From Clostridia bacterium (GTDB taxonomy: Bacteria > Bacillota > Clostridia > Monoglobales > Monoglobaceae), in the NCBI GenBank assembly GCA_017409575.1, contig JAFQSM010000099.1, positions 14,987 through 78,986 of the forward strand: a stretch of 64,000 nt of DNA, written 5' to 3'. The translations under genes were made by a program, and so were the position numbers. Shown piece after piece: positions 51,987 to 60,873 of the stretch (within the stretch, counting starts at the first letter, position 1; every line of letters starts with the position of its first letter). Under the pieces are notes generated by a model. The model made no database searches and was not told where the DNA came from. It worked only from the letters and a program-made list of their open reading frames with translations.

Positions 51987-52067
51987 ATTGTCTGTTCTCC
52001 AAAATCATTTTTTAAGTATTCTATGAATTTTTTAAGTTCCAAATTCCTTATTGTAAAATTTTTTGGC

Positions 52068-53006
52068 TTATAATTCCTCTGTCATTTGCTTAAGAAGCCT
52101 GTTGTTAAGTTCCTCTGCCGCATTGTAACCCATTCGTCTTTGACGGTTGTTCATAGCTGCAATCTCAAATATTACCGCAAGGTTTCGGCCCGGCTTTACA
52201 GGAATGGTGAGCGACGGGATATCTATTCCCAAAATATTGGTGCAGTTGTCAACAAGCCCCAGCCTGTCATACTGCTTGTCCTTTTGCCATGGCTCAATAT
52301 GGATTATCAAATCAATCTTTTCGGTATCTTTGACTGCACCCATACCAAAAATCTTTTTAACATCGACAATACCTATGCCTCGCATCTCAATAAAATGCCT
52401 GATTACCTCAGGGGCACTGCCGACCAGCGTTTTTGATGATACTCTTTTTATCTCTACGGCATCATCAGCAACAAGGCGGTGACCTCTCTTCATAAGTTCA
52501 ACGGCAGTTTCACTCTTACCTACACCGCTTTCGCCAAGTATAAGAACACCCTCGCCATAAACTTCAACCAAAACGCCGTGACGGGTAATTCTGGGTGCAA
52601 GTTCAACATTCAAAAAGGCAATCAGTGCACTCATAAATCCAGAAGTCGAAAGTTTTGTCTTGAGAATATTGATTTTGTATTTTTCGGCAGTTTCCAGAAT
52701 TTCGGGAAAAACTTCCATATCTCTTGTTATAATAAGAGCAGGTATGCCGGTCTTAAAAAACTTGTCCATAATTTCAAGCTTTTTCTCTGAAGGAAAACCT
52801 TCCATATAAGTTTTTTCAACCATGCCGAAAACTTGTATACGCTTTGGGTCAAAATAGTCAAAGAATCCCGCAATCTGAAGTCCTGGTCTGTTTACATCAA
52901 CCGCTTCAATCAAAATATCCCTTTGCGGAGTATAAACCTCTTCCAGTTTGAATTCCTCGATTATTCTACTAAGTTTAACCGTAAATACCTTTTCGTTTTG
53001 TTGCAT
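52068..53006 (-). CDS. hprK: HPr kinase/phosphorylase
   Basis: 312 aa, Walker A GESGVGKSE, LVADD, IEMRGIGIVD signature. Confidence 0.95.
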   Translation of the reverse strand: MQQNEKVFTVKLSRIIEEFKLEEVYTPQRDILIEAVDVNRPGLQIAGFFDYFDPKRIQVFGMVEKTYMEGFPSEKKLEIMDKFFKTGIPALIITRDMEVFPEILETAEKYKINILKTKLSTSGFMSALIAFLNVELAPRITRHGVLVEVYGEGVLILGESGVGKSETAVELMKRGHRLVADDAVEIKRVSSKTLVGSAPEVIRHFIEMRGIGIVDVKKIFGMGAVKDTEKIDLIIHIEPWQKDKQYDRLGLVDNCTNILGIDIPSLTIPVKPGRNLAVIFEIAAMNNRQRRMGYNAAEELNNRLLKQMTEEL

Positions 53007-53130
53007 AATCTTTCGCTCCCATTTATAAAAATTTAAACCTACTCAAGATACAGTATAACATATTTTGTCTGATTTGCAAATAGATAATAAGTATTTTTAT
53101 TTATTCTTTTGTGTTTTTTATTTTTTAGCC

Positions 53131-53159
53131 TTGACTTTTTCACAACTTTATGTTATTAT
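53131..53159 (+). promoter_or_regulatory. Candidate promoter for the tRNA-Asp/tRNA-Thr pair
   Basis: TTGACT, 17-nt spacer, TATTAT. Confidence 0.5.
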
Positions 53160-53177
53160 CTTAAATGGCTTTAAAAT

Positions 53178-53254
53178 GGTCCGGTAGTTCAGTTGGTTAG
53201 AATGCCAGCCTGTCACGCTGGAGGTCGTGGGTTCGAGCCCCATCCGGATCGCCA
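53178..53254 (+). tRNA. tRNA-Asp (anticodon GUC)
   Basis: Manual cloverleaf: acceptor GGTCCGG/CCGGATC, anticodon arm CCAGC-CTGTCAC-GCTGG, T-arm GTGGG-TTCGAGC-CCCAT, encoded CCA. Confidence 0.9.
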
Positions 53255-53258
53255 TTTT

Positions 53259-53334
<76 letters not shown>

Positions 53335-53335
53335 A

Positions 53336-53371
53336 AAACAAAAGCACTCGAAAGAGTGCTTTTGTTTTTTT
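53336..53371 (+). terminator. Terminator after the tRNA pair
   Basis: AAAAGCACTC-gaaa-GAGTGCTTTT followed by GTTTTTTT. Confidence 0.85.
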
Positions 53372-53408
53372 ATTTGCTTTCATAATGATCCACCAGCATT
53401 ATCCCCAC

Positions 53409-53444
53409 AAAAAAACTTCTGCCAGCATTGACAGAAGTTTTTCT
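53409..53444. terminator. Bidirectional terminator (serves the guaB/Cys-rich operon on the minus strand)
   Basis: AAAAA-AACTTCTG-ccagcattga-CAGAAGTT-TTTC. Confidence 0.7.
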
Positions 53445-53447
53445 TTA

Positions 53448-53852
53448 TTATTTCTTGATTTCACCAAGTTTTTGCATCGTTTCGCCAAGTCGTTTCGAAA
53501 AGGTTGACTTCATATCATACTTCTCGCCACAAACACATTCGACATAAAACGAATATGCCCTGACCCTGTCTGAAATCACGCCCAACAGCGGTCTGCCGCA
53601 TCTTTTACAAATCTGGACTCCGTATTTTTCTTTGGGCATTTTGTTTACCCTTTTTGACGGGTCTGATGTGTTTTCAGGCTTTGCAACTTCTATACTCCCA
53701 TAATTTCCGCAAGTACAGACGATGCTTACATTCAGGAACTTATAGGCATCTTTGTTGGAGCTGCCCAAAATCTTTTCGCAGTTGTCACAAAAAATCAAAC
53801 TGCCGTTTCGCGACAAAGTATGAAGCCCCGACTTTTTATTGCATACTTTCAT
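53448..53852 (-). CDS. Hypothetical cysteine-rich protein with two CxxC-x20-CxC zinc-ribbon-like repeats
   Basis: 134 aa. The repeats FCDNCEKILG...VSIVCTCGNY and ICKRCGRPLLG...YVECVCGEKY have identical Cys spacing. The start lies 2 nt after the guaB stop. Confidence 0.5.
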   Translation of the reverse strand: MKVCNKKSGLHTLSRNGSLIFCDNCEKILGSSNKDAYKFLNVSIVCTCGNYGSIEVAKPENTSDPSKRVNKMPKEKYGVQICKRCGRPLLGVISDRVRAYSFYVECVCGEKYDMKSTFSKRLGETMQKLGEIKK

Positions 53853-53854
53853 TT

Positions 53855-55363
53855 TTATTTGGGTGATGAAATGCTTTTTTCTTTAAGAACAACATCGTGT
53901 GCGCCGCCCTCGACAATACTTGTAGCCGAAACCAGTGTCATTTTTGCTTTTTGCTGAAGTTCGGGGATTGAAAGCGCACCGCAGTTGCACATTGTTGATT
54001 TTACCTTGTTCAATGTAAGTGCAACATTATCCTTAAGGCTTCCCGCATAAGGAACATAGGAGTCAACGCCCTCTTCAAACGAAAGCTTTTGTGCACCGCC
54101 CATATCATAGCGCTGCCAGTTTCTTGCTCTTGCCGAGCCTTCGCCCCAGTATTCCTTCATATAGTTGCCGTTGACCGAAACCTTGTTTGACGGACTTTCG
54201 TCAAATCTTGCAAAGTATCTGCCAAGCATAACAAAGTCAGAACCCATAGCAAGCGCAAGTGTGATGTGATAATCGTGCACAATTCCGCCATCAGAACAAA
54301 TCGGGATATAAATACCGGTTTTTTCATAATATTCGTTTCGTGCTGCCGCAACTTCCTGAACCGCAGTAGCCTGACCTCTGCCTATACCCTTTTGTTCGCG
54401 GGTTATACAAATCGAACCACCGCCGATACCGATTTTGATGAAGTCAGCACCAGCTTCTGCAAGGAACATAAATCCCTCGCGGTCAACCACATTTCCTGCA
54501 CCGACCTTTACTGTATCGCCGTATTTTTCGCGTATGAAGTTTATAGTTCTGAGCTGCCACTCCGAAAATCCCTCTGACGAGTCAATACAAAGAACATCTG
54601 CACCTGCCTCAATAAGAGCAGGAACTCTCAGTTCATAGTCACGGGTGTTTATACCCGCACCAACAACATATCTTTTTGAAGAATCCAAAAGTTCTGCCGG
54701 ATTTTCCTTGTGTGCATCATAGTCTTTTCTGAAAACAAATTCAACCAGTCTCTGCTTGCTGTCAACAATCGGAAGTGAGTTGAGTTTGTTGTCCCAGATT
54801 ATATCATTTGCTTCCTTAAGGCTGGTACCCTCAGGAGCGTATATAAGCTTTGAAAAAGGAGTCATAAAGTCTTTAACCAATGTATTGGGGTCCATACGGC
54901 TTACACGGTAGTCACGGGGTGTAACTATACCCAAAAGAACGCCTTCTGATGTACCATCTTCGGTAACTGCAACAGTATTGTGGCCGGTTCTTTCTCTAAG
55001 AGCAAGAAGCTCGGTCAGAGTCTGGTCGGGTCTTATATTTGAATCACTTGCAACAAAGCCCGCTTTGTGGTTTTTAACGCGTCTTACCATTGCTGCCTCG
55101 TCTTCGATTGACTGCGAGCCATATATAAATGACACACCACCCTCTTTTGCAAGAGCAACCGCAAGCTTTTCACCCGAAACAGCCTGCATAATCGCCGAAA
55201 CCATCGGGATATTCATTGTAATTGCCGGCTCTTCGCCCTTTTTGAACTTAACAAGCGGCGTTTTAAGACTTACATTGCTTGTCATACATTGCGATGAAGA
55301 GTATCCCGGAACAAGCAAATATTCGCTGAATGTATGCGACGGTTCGTTAAAATAATATGCCAT
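53855..55363 (-). CDS. guaB: IMP dehydrogenase
   Basis: 502 aa. TIM barrel with a CBS pair insertion and the catalytic loop [14 protein letters not shown]. Confidence 0.9.
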   Translation of the reverse strand: MAYYFNEPSHTFSEYLLVPGYSSSQCMTSNVSLKTPLVKFKKGEEPAITMNIPMVSAIMQAVSGEKLAVALAKEGGVSFIYGSQSIEDEAAMVRRVKNHKAGFVASDSNIRPDQTLTELLALRERTGHNTVAVTEDGTSEGVLLGIVTPRDYRVSRMDPNTLVKDFMTPFSKLIYAPEGTSLKEANDIIWDNKLNSLPIVDSKQRLVEFVFRKDYDAHKENPAELLDSSKRYVVGAGINTRDYELRVPALIEAGADVLCIDSSEGFSEWQLRTINFIREKYGDTVKVGAGNVVDREGFMFLAEAGADFIKIGIGGGSICITREQKGIGRGQATAVQEVAAARNEYYEKTGIYIPICSDGGIVHDYHITLALAMGSDFVMLGRYFARFDESPSNKVSVNGNYMKEYWGEGSARARNWQRYDMGGAQKLSFEEGVDSYVPYAGSLKDNVALTLNKVKSTMCNCGALSIPELQQKAKMTLVSATSIVEGGAHDVVLKEKSISSPK

Positions 55364-55466
55364 TTTAAAAATCTCCTATCTCTTGTTTTTGATATTTCAA
55401 AATATTATATACTATTTTTTTGCAAAAATCAAGCAATACTTTGATTTTTCCACTATTTTGTCAATT

Positions 55467-56603
55467 TTAGTACTTAACACAAACGGTATCATAGCCAAAA
55501 AATGTATCGTCCACTAGATCACGCCAGCGTTTGACACTAACCGGTCCGTCTTTTTGTGCAACACCGTGTGCCCCTGCCAGACCGTCATTATATTCCGAAA
55601 GTCTGTAAACCGCAAAATTTTTATATGCCATGTCATAATGCGTCACTATCGGCACAAAAGAATAATCGTGGATATATACTCTTTCACCATTGAACTTAAG
55701 CTCTACATCAGCAATACCACCAAGAAGATTGCGAGCCTCAAGCTGCCTTGAAACAAAATTCCCCAGCGAATAATAGACAAGCATCTCGTTTCCGTTTTGG
55801 TATCTGTACCATTCGACAGGCTCAATCACATGCGGATGTGACCCGATTATAAGGTCTACACCCCACCTGCACATAAGTTCAGAAAGCCTTTTTTGAGCAT
55901 CATCGGGACTTTGTGAATACTCAGTCCCCCAATGCATAAAAGCTATGGTGAAATCCGCATTTTCTTCGGCATAAGTCACATCTTTTTCGATTTTTTCTTC
56001 GTCGATATAATTTACAAGATACTGTTTTTCATTTGGCAAAACAATTCCGTTTGTTCCATAGGTATAATTCAAAAGAGCAAGTTTTGCTCCTTTTACTTCC
56101 TTTATTACAACTCTTTGTTTTTCTTCTTCACTTTTGTTTATGCCAAGAATAGTCGCATCGGGATAATTATCCCAGAATTCAAGCGTTTTTTCAACGCCAT
56201 GTACCATCTTGTCGAGAACATGATTTGAAGCGTGTAAAATCACATCAAAACCCTCGTTCATCAGGCTTTTTCCCATATCCGATGGTGAATTAAACATCGG
56301 ATACCCCGAATAACCAAGGTCCGCTCCGCCAAAAACTGTTTCCTGTCCAATGACTGCTATGTCAGCATCTTTTATCATCGGCTGAAGTTTTTGAAAAAGA
56401 TGTGAATATTCATAACTTCCGTCAGCCTGCTTTCCGCTGTTTACGACAGGCATATGCAAAAGATTGTCACCAAACGCGACTATCTGTATTGTTTCGTTTA
56501 GTTGTTTCTTCTCGGAAAAAGCATCCTCCGTTTTGTCACCGGCACATGCTGTCAACAGTACCACAAACAAAAGAATCGCTAAAAAGCATTTGATTCTGTG
56601 CAT
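55467..56603 (-). CDS. CapA-family (PGA_cap) metallophosphatase-like lipoprotein
   Basis: 378 aa, lipobox LLTAC. FGDNLLH, HASNH, FMHWGTEY, IIGSHPHVIEP motifs. Confidence 0.8.
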   Translation of the reverse strand: MHRIKCFLAILLFVVLLTACAGDKTEDAFSEKKQLNETIQIVAFGDNLLHMPVVNSGKQADGSYEYSHLFQKLQPMIKDADIAVIGQETVFGGADLGYSGYPMFNSPSDMGKSLMNEGFDVILHASNHVLDKMVHGVEKTLEFWDNYPDATILGINKSEEEKQRVVIKEVKGAKLALLNYTYGTNGIVLPNEKQYLVNYIDEEKIEKDVTYAEENADFTIAFMHWGTEYSQSPDDAQKRLSELMCRWGVDLIIGSHPHVIEPVEWYRYQNGNEMLVYYSLGNFVSRQLEARNLLGGIADVELKFNGERVYIHDYSFVPIVTHYDMAYKNFAVYRLSEYNDGLAGAHGVAQKDGPVSVKRWRDLVDDTFFGYDTVCVKY

Positions 56604-56681
56604 ACTCGCGCCTCCTTTAAAGGCTATTTTACTACCATTTTAAATAAATTTCAAGTGGTTAATCTTTTTTGTCGGCTTTTG

Positions 56682-56710
56682 TTGACTTTTTTTGCCGCCA
56701 GTGGTATACT
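56682..56710 (+). promoter_or_regulatory. Candidate promoter for the anion permease gene
   Basis: TTGACT, 17-nt spacer, TATACT. Confidence 0.5.
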
Positions 56711-56746
56711 CATACGCGGAAAACTTGATTTTTGGAGAAAATTATT

Positions 56747-57844
56747 ATGTCTTTTGCAAAGAAAAACCCGGTAATGTGTATCGCACTGTGCGTAGCAATT
56801 ATTTCGGCATTTTTTGTTCCGCCCGATGCAGAATATCTGTCATACTTTGACCTCAAAACCCTTGTCTCTCTTTTCTGCACCCTGGCTGTTGTGTGTGCGC
56901 TTAAGAATATCTACTTTTTCAGGATTATCGCATCAAAGATTGTCTCGGTCTTTAAAACAACCCGCGCGGCAATCACAGCACTCGTTTACATAACCTTGAT
57001 CGGTTCTATGCTGATTGCAAACGATATGGCGCTGATTACATTTTTGCCGCTTGGCTACTATGTAATCACATCAACAGGAAGCAAAGACCACCTTGCTTTT
57101 ACATTTATTATGCAAAATATTGCCGCCAACCTCGGCGGAATGCTGACTCCTTTCGGCAATCCGCAGAACCTTTATCTTTACAATTACTTTCAGATTCCCA
57201 ATCTGGAATTTATGCAGATTATGCTTTTGCCGTTTTTGATTTCGGTGTCACTGATTACCCTGTGCTGTATATTTGTAAAAAACGAGCCGCTTGTCATCCA
57301 CCGCAGCTACGATGCTGAGCTTAATCCATACAGAGCAGTCCTTTATACAACACTTTTTGTGATTTCTATTACAATCGTATTCAACATCATCCCCTACCTG
57401 ATTGGGCTTGCAATAATTGTCATTGCATTGTTTTTTGCAGACTGCAAAGCACTCAGGGATGTTGATTATCCGCTGCTTGTTACCTTTTGCGCATTCTTTG
57501 TATTCTCGGGCAATGTGGCACGCATACCCGCTATTCACGCCTTTGCAGGGGAGTTGATTTCAAAACACACCCTTTTTTTTGGCACACTGTCCTGTCAGGT
57601 TATCAGCAATGTTCCGAGTGCAATTTTGCTATCGCACTTTACTCACAATTACCCCGCACTTCTTGTCGCGGCCAACATCGGCGGTACAGGGACTTTAATT
57701 GCATCACTTGCAAGTCTTATCACCTTTCGCGAATATCTTAAAAACGACCCTGAAAACATCAGAAAATATCTTATTAAGTTCTCGGCTTACAATTTTGCAT
57801 TTTTATTAATCTTGCTTATTGTAATGAGCATTGCAGGATTTTAA
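56747..57844 (+). CDS. ArsB/NhaD-superfamily (citrate-transporter-like, YbiR-type) anion permease
   Basis: Start trimmed to MSFAKKNPVMCIAL. About 10 TM helices. NLGGMLTPFGNPQNLYL and NIGGTGTLIASLA repeat motifs. Confidence 0.7.
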   Translation: MSFAKKNPVMCIALCVAIISAFFVPPDAEYLSYFDLKTLVSLFCTLAVVCALKNIYFFRIIASKIVSVFKTTRAAITALVYITLIGSMLIANDMALITFLPLGYYVITSTGSKDHLAFTFIMQNIAANLGGMLTPFGNPQNLYLYNYFQIPNLEFMQIMLLPFLISVSLITLCCIFVKNEPLVIHRSYDAELNPYRAVLYTTLFVISITIVFNIIPYLIGLAIIVIALFFADCKALRDVDYPLLVTFCAFFVFSGNVARIPAIHAFAGELISKHTLFFGTLSCQVISNVPSAILLSHFTHNYPALLVAANIGGTGTLIASLASLITFREYLKNDPENIRKYLIKFSAYNFAFLLILLIVMSIAGF

Positions 57845-57880
57845 AAAAACAAGGTGGGATGTATCCCACCTTATTTTTTT
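57844..57880. terminator. Bidirectional terminator between the permease (+) and the 211-aa gene (-)
   Basis: AAAAAAAC-AAGGTGGGAT-gt-ATCCCACCTT-ATTTTTTT. Confidence 0.8.
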
Positions 57881-58506
57881 AGAAGATTTTCAAAATATTC
57901 CGCCAATTTTTCTGCAAGACCGTATTTTTTAACAAGTTCGTCACCGTCTTCTTTTCCCTCATATTCGGGCAATACCACAAAATACAGTTTTTCATCGTCT
58001 CCAAGTTTCAGTTCTTCCTTTATCTCAGGAATTTGGCTTATTTCAACTGATGTTTTTACGCCGTCAGGAAAGGCCTTCAAAAGAATCTCTTTGTAATATT
58101 CGTCCACAATATAGGCAGGCCATCTGTTTGACGAAAGTTCTGCCTGAAGTTTTGACAAAACAGCCTCTACTTTTTCGTCATATACATCAGGAGTTGATAT
58201 ATCCGCAAAATACTGGAACACACCGATATCCACCACCCCGTTATCGTTGATGTCATAGCTTTGCTCCTTTATTGTCTGTTCAAGAAAATCAACATTTTCC
58301 TGCAAAAGTCCTTTGCTTGTATAAAGCGAAATTTCAAGGTCATAATCAATCTGCTGAGCGCACTGCACAGCGGTTATTATCAACATAACAGCCAAAAAAA
58401 GCACCAGCAATGTGTGATTTTTGTAATATTCCCAAAAATGCTTTACTTTTTCTTTAAAAGGTAATTCTTTTGCCATTTTTTTTGCTTCTGCTCTGTCTTT
58501 ATCCAA
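57871..58506 (-). CDS. Hypothetical membrane-anchored protein
   Basis: 211 aa. One N-terminal TM helix (LLVLFLAVMLIITAV) followed by an acidic extracytoplasmic domain. No family recognised. Confidence 0.5.
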   Translation of the reverse strand: MDKDRAEAKKMAKELPFKEKVKHFWEYYKNHTLLVLFLAVMLIITAVQCAQQIDYDLEISLYTSKGLLQENVDFLEQTIKEQSYDINDNGVVDIGVFQYFADISTPDVYDEKVEAVLSKLQAELSSNRWPAYIVDEYYKEILLKAFPDGVKTSVEISQIPEIKEELKLGDDEKLYFVVLPEYEGKEDGDELVKKYGLAEKLAEYFENLLKK

Positions 58507-58601
58507 GCTAATCGCTCCTTTTTTCAGTCTTTTAAAAATTTTAACACGAAGTCACAAAATTTTCAATCATTTTGGAGCATTATTAAAAATTTATTAACTT
58601 T

Positions 58602-59630
58602 TTACCAAACCTCTGCGATTTCCTTAATAAGCTTTTCGGTTTTTCCCCATCCAAGGCATGGGTCTGTAATGGACTTACCGTAAATACATTCACCGATTTT
58701 TTGCGAACCATCCTCTATATAACTTTCTATCATAAATCCTTTGAGCAATTTTTTGATTTTTGCATCGTGTCTTGCGCTGTGCAGCACTTCCTTTGCAATC
58801 CTTGTTTGCTCAAGATATTTCTTGCCCGAATTCGCGTGGTTTGTGTCAACAATCACCCCGGGATTTTGAAGTCCGCTTGACTCATACATATCACAAAGAT
58901 GAATCAAATCTTCATAATGATAATTAGGCATAGACTGCCCTTGCTTGTTTACATATCCGCGCAAAATTGCATGCGCAAGAGAATTTCCCTCAGAATGGAC
59001 TTCCCACCCTCTGTATATAAAGGTATGCTTGTGCTGAGCCGCGGTAATTGAGTTCATCATAACCGAAATATCACCGCTCGTGGGATTTTTCATACCCACA
59101 GGCAAATCAAGTCCGCTTGCAGTAAGGCGGTGCTGCTGGTTTTCTACCGACCTTGCACCAACGGCTACATAAGCAAGAATATCACTGAGGTACCTGTGGT
59201 TTTCGGGATACAGCATTTCGTCAGCGCACGAAAATCCTGTTTCGGACAGCGCACGCATATGAAGCTGGCGTATCGCAACAATCCCCTTGTACATATCAGG
59301 TTTTTCGGTTGGGTTTGGCTGATGAAGCATACCCTTGTAGCCGTCACCTGTTGTGCGAGGCTTGTTTGTGTAAATCCTCGGGATTATAAGAATTTTTTCT
59401 TCAACTTCTTCCTGCACTTTTCTAAGACGCGAGATATAATCTATTACACTATCCTCATTATCTGCCGAGCACGGACCTATTATAAGCGCAAGCTTTTCGG
59501 ATTTCCCCGAAAAAATATCACTTATCTCGTTTGCTCTTTTGCTGACCACCTTTGCAAGCTCGTCCGAAAGCGGATATTGCTCCTTTACCTCTTTTGGTAT
59601 TGGTAATTTCTTTTCAAAAATCATATTCAT
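58602..59630 (-). CDS. aroG: 3-deoxy-7-phosphoheptulonate (DAHP) synthase, class I
   Basis: Start trimmed to MNMIFEKKLPIP (ATG at 59630, AAGAGG 9 nt upstream). IIGPCSADNEDS and KPRTTGDGYKGM motifs. Confidence 0.85.
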   Translation of the reverse strand: MNMIFEKKLPIPKEVKEQYPLSDELAKVVSKRANEISDIFSGKSEKLALIIGPCSADNEDSVIDYISRLRKVQEEVEEKILIIPRIYTNKPRTTGDGYKGMLHQPNPTEKPDMYKGIVAIRQLHMRALSETGFSCADEMLYPENHRYLSDILAYVAVGARSVENQQHRLTASGLDLPVGMKNPTSGDISVMMNSITAAQHKHTFIYRGWEVHSEGNSLAHAILRGYVNKQGQSMPNYHYEDLIHLCDMYESSGLQNPGVIVDTNHANSGKKYLEQTRIAKEVLHSARHDAKIKKLLKGFMIESYIEDGSQKIGECIYGKSITDPCLGWGKTEKLIKEIAEVW

Positions 59631-59668
59631 AATATTCTGCCTCTTTTCTATCCGGTTAAATTTGATTT

Positions 59669-59911
59669 TTATGCTTTGCGCCTTTTTTGAGTTAGCCTGG
59701 ATTTTTGCTCCCCGCAAAATCTGCATTTGTATATAGTTTCATATACCTTGACTTTGCCGGGAACAAACCTTTCTGATTTTATGTGAATTTCGCCTCTTAA
59801 ATTCGGCTCAGTAAGGGTTTCAAGAATCTGTGTTTGCTCTTCTTTCACAAGCTTTTTTTCAACCTTTTTCATCGCAAATATTCTGCCGCATTTTAAACAT
59901 TTTTTAAACAT
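59669..59911 (-). CDS. Hypothetical 80-aa basic zinc-ribbon protein
   Basis: CLKCG...CRFCG (CxxC-x55-CxxC) with a lysine/arginine-rich C-terminus. Sits between the DUF2500 gene and aroG on the same strand. Confidence 0.5.
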   Translation of the reverse strand: MFKKCLKCGRIFAMKKVEKKLVKEEQTQILETLTEPNLRGEIHIKSERFVPGKVKVYETIYKCRFCGEQKSRLTQKRRKA

Positions 59912-59933
59912 CTTTCTACCCCCTTAATAAAAG

Positions 59934-60242
59934 TCATTGAAAGCTTACTATTCTATTCCCCTTGTATTTCAAGGTGCCTTTTGTCTTAATTTTGTAGCTG
60001 TTGTACGAAAACTCCGAAACAGCAAAAGAAAGTTTTTTGTCCTTTGTTTTAAATACCACTATGTACCGCTGCCTTTTGAATGTCCCCTGAACTTTGGAAA
60101 CTATGTCCGTCCTGTATTTGTCAACAACTTCTGCCTCGACAGTTTTTACAGGTGCCAGTTTGTCTGCAATGATTTTTTTGATAATCAAAAACCAACACAG
60201 CAAAAACAGGCTTGCAAAAATTATATTAACTACATCAGACAT
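59934..60242 (-). CDS. DUF2500-like membrane-anchored protein
   Basis: 102 aa. N-terminal TM helix, then the pattern VEAEVVDKY...RQRYIVVFKTKDKKLSFAVSEFSYNSYKIKTKGTLKYKGNRIVSF typical of DUF2500 as I recall it. AGAGGTG Shine-Dalgarno. Confidence 0.6.
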   Translation of the reverse strand: MSDVVNIIFASLFLLCWFLIIKKIIADKLAPVKTVEAEVVDKYRTDIVSKVQGTFKRQRYIVVFKTKDKKLSFAVSEFSYNSYKIKTKGTLKYKGNRIVSFQ

Positions 60243-60288
60243 TTTATCACCTCTTTTACCCCTGTATCAAGTCAGTAGAACAGTGAAT

Positions 60289-60515
60289 AATAAGAACCAC
60301 GACCCGGTAACGCAATCAAAGATTGCGACCGGGTACCCCGGAACCTTGTTGTATTTCTCTACAATAAGAACCACGACCCGGTAACGCAATCAAAGATTGC
60401 GACCGGGTACCCCGGAACCTTGTTGTATTTCTCTACAATAAGAACCACCACGAAATATAACGAAATCAAATATTTCTATATTTCGGAGAGCCTTGTTATG
60501 CCAAGGCATAATATG
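60289..60515. repeat. Tandem array of three ~74-nt two-hairpin modules (two identical, one diverged with compensatory changes)
   Basis: 60289-60362 and 60363-60436 are identical. The third module (60437-60515) keeps AATAAGAACCAC, TAACG-AATCAAA and CCTTGTT but rebuilds both stems from different bases. Confidence 0.9.
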
Positions 60516-60592
60516 GACCTACCAAATTTCCAATAAAAATTTCACTAATTTTCTTTAGAGCCTGCGAGAATACTGGATTCTCTCGCTATTGT

Positions 60593-60621
60593 ATTATATC
60601 ATATATATCTAAAAATTGTAA
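60593..60621 (-). promoter_or_regulatory. Candidate promoter that would give a ~340-nt leader across the repeat array into the DUF2500 operon
   Basis: Minus strand: TTACAA (60621-60616), 17-nt spacer, TGa-TATAAT (60598-60593, extended -10). Confidence 0.45.
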
Positions 60622-60873
60622 ATTAATCTTTAAAAATCGGGGACTTGACACAAGTAATATTCCATTGCCGTCAATCCTATATTTACTTTTTGGGGCTCCC
60701 TTTCTATTAATCATTCCTCTCCTTGATATTTAGTTTTTTTCTATTAAACTTTTCTGTCAGTCTCCTCCTTGTTGGATATATTTCAGAACGCATCTGTTGC
60801 AAAGAATATCGTTGCTTAAAGCAGAATTTTATGCATTCTGATTTTTTTAATCACGATTTCTCAACTTCATCTT

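Noticed and set aside
60243-60436. preQ1-I riboswitch (minus strand contains CCGGGUCGUGGUU and ACAACAAGG, reminiscent of the Thermoanaerobacter preQ1 aptamer)
   Set aside because: The required short P1 hairpin closing partner is missing, and the A-rich tail and pseudoknot geometry do not fit. The resemblance is limited to a few short words.
60289-60515. Possible CRISPR array
   Set aside because: There are only three units, and the first two are identical across the full 74 nt, so there are no unique spacers. The units are dominated by internal hairpins and no cas genes are present in the window.
60590-60718. 42-aa minus-strand ORF (MINRKGAPKSKYRIDGNG...) after an AAGGAGAGG-like sequence
   Set aside because: The Shine-Dalgarno to ATG spacing is only ~1-4 nt, the ORF overlaps the predicted promoter of the repeat-array leader, and the sequence has no recognisable features.
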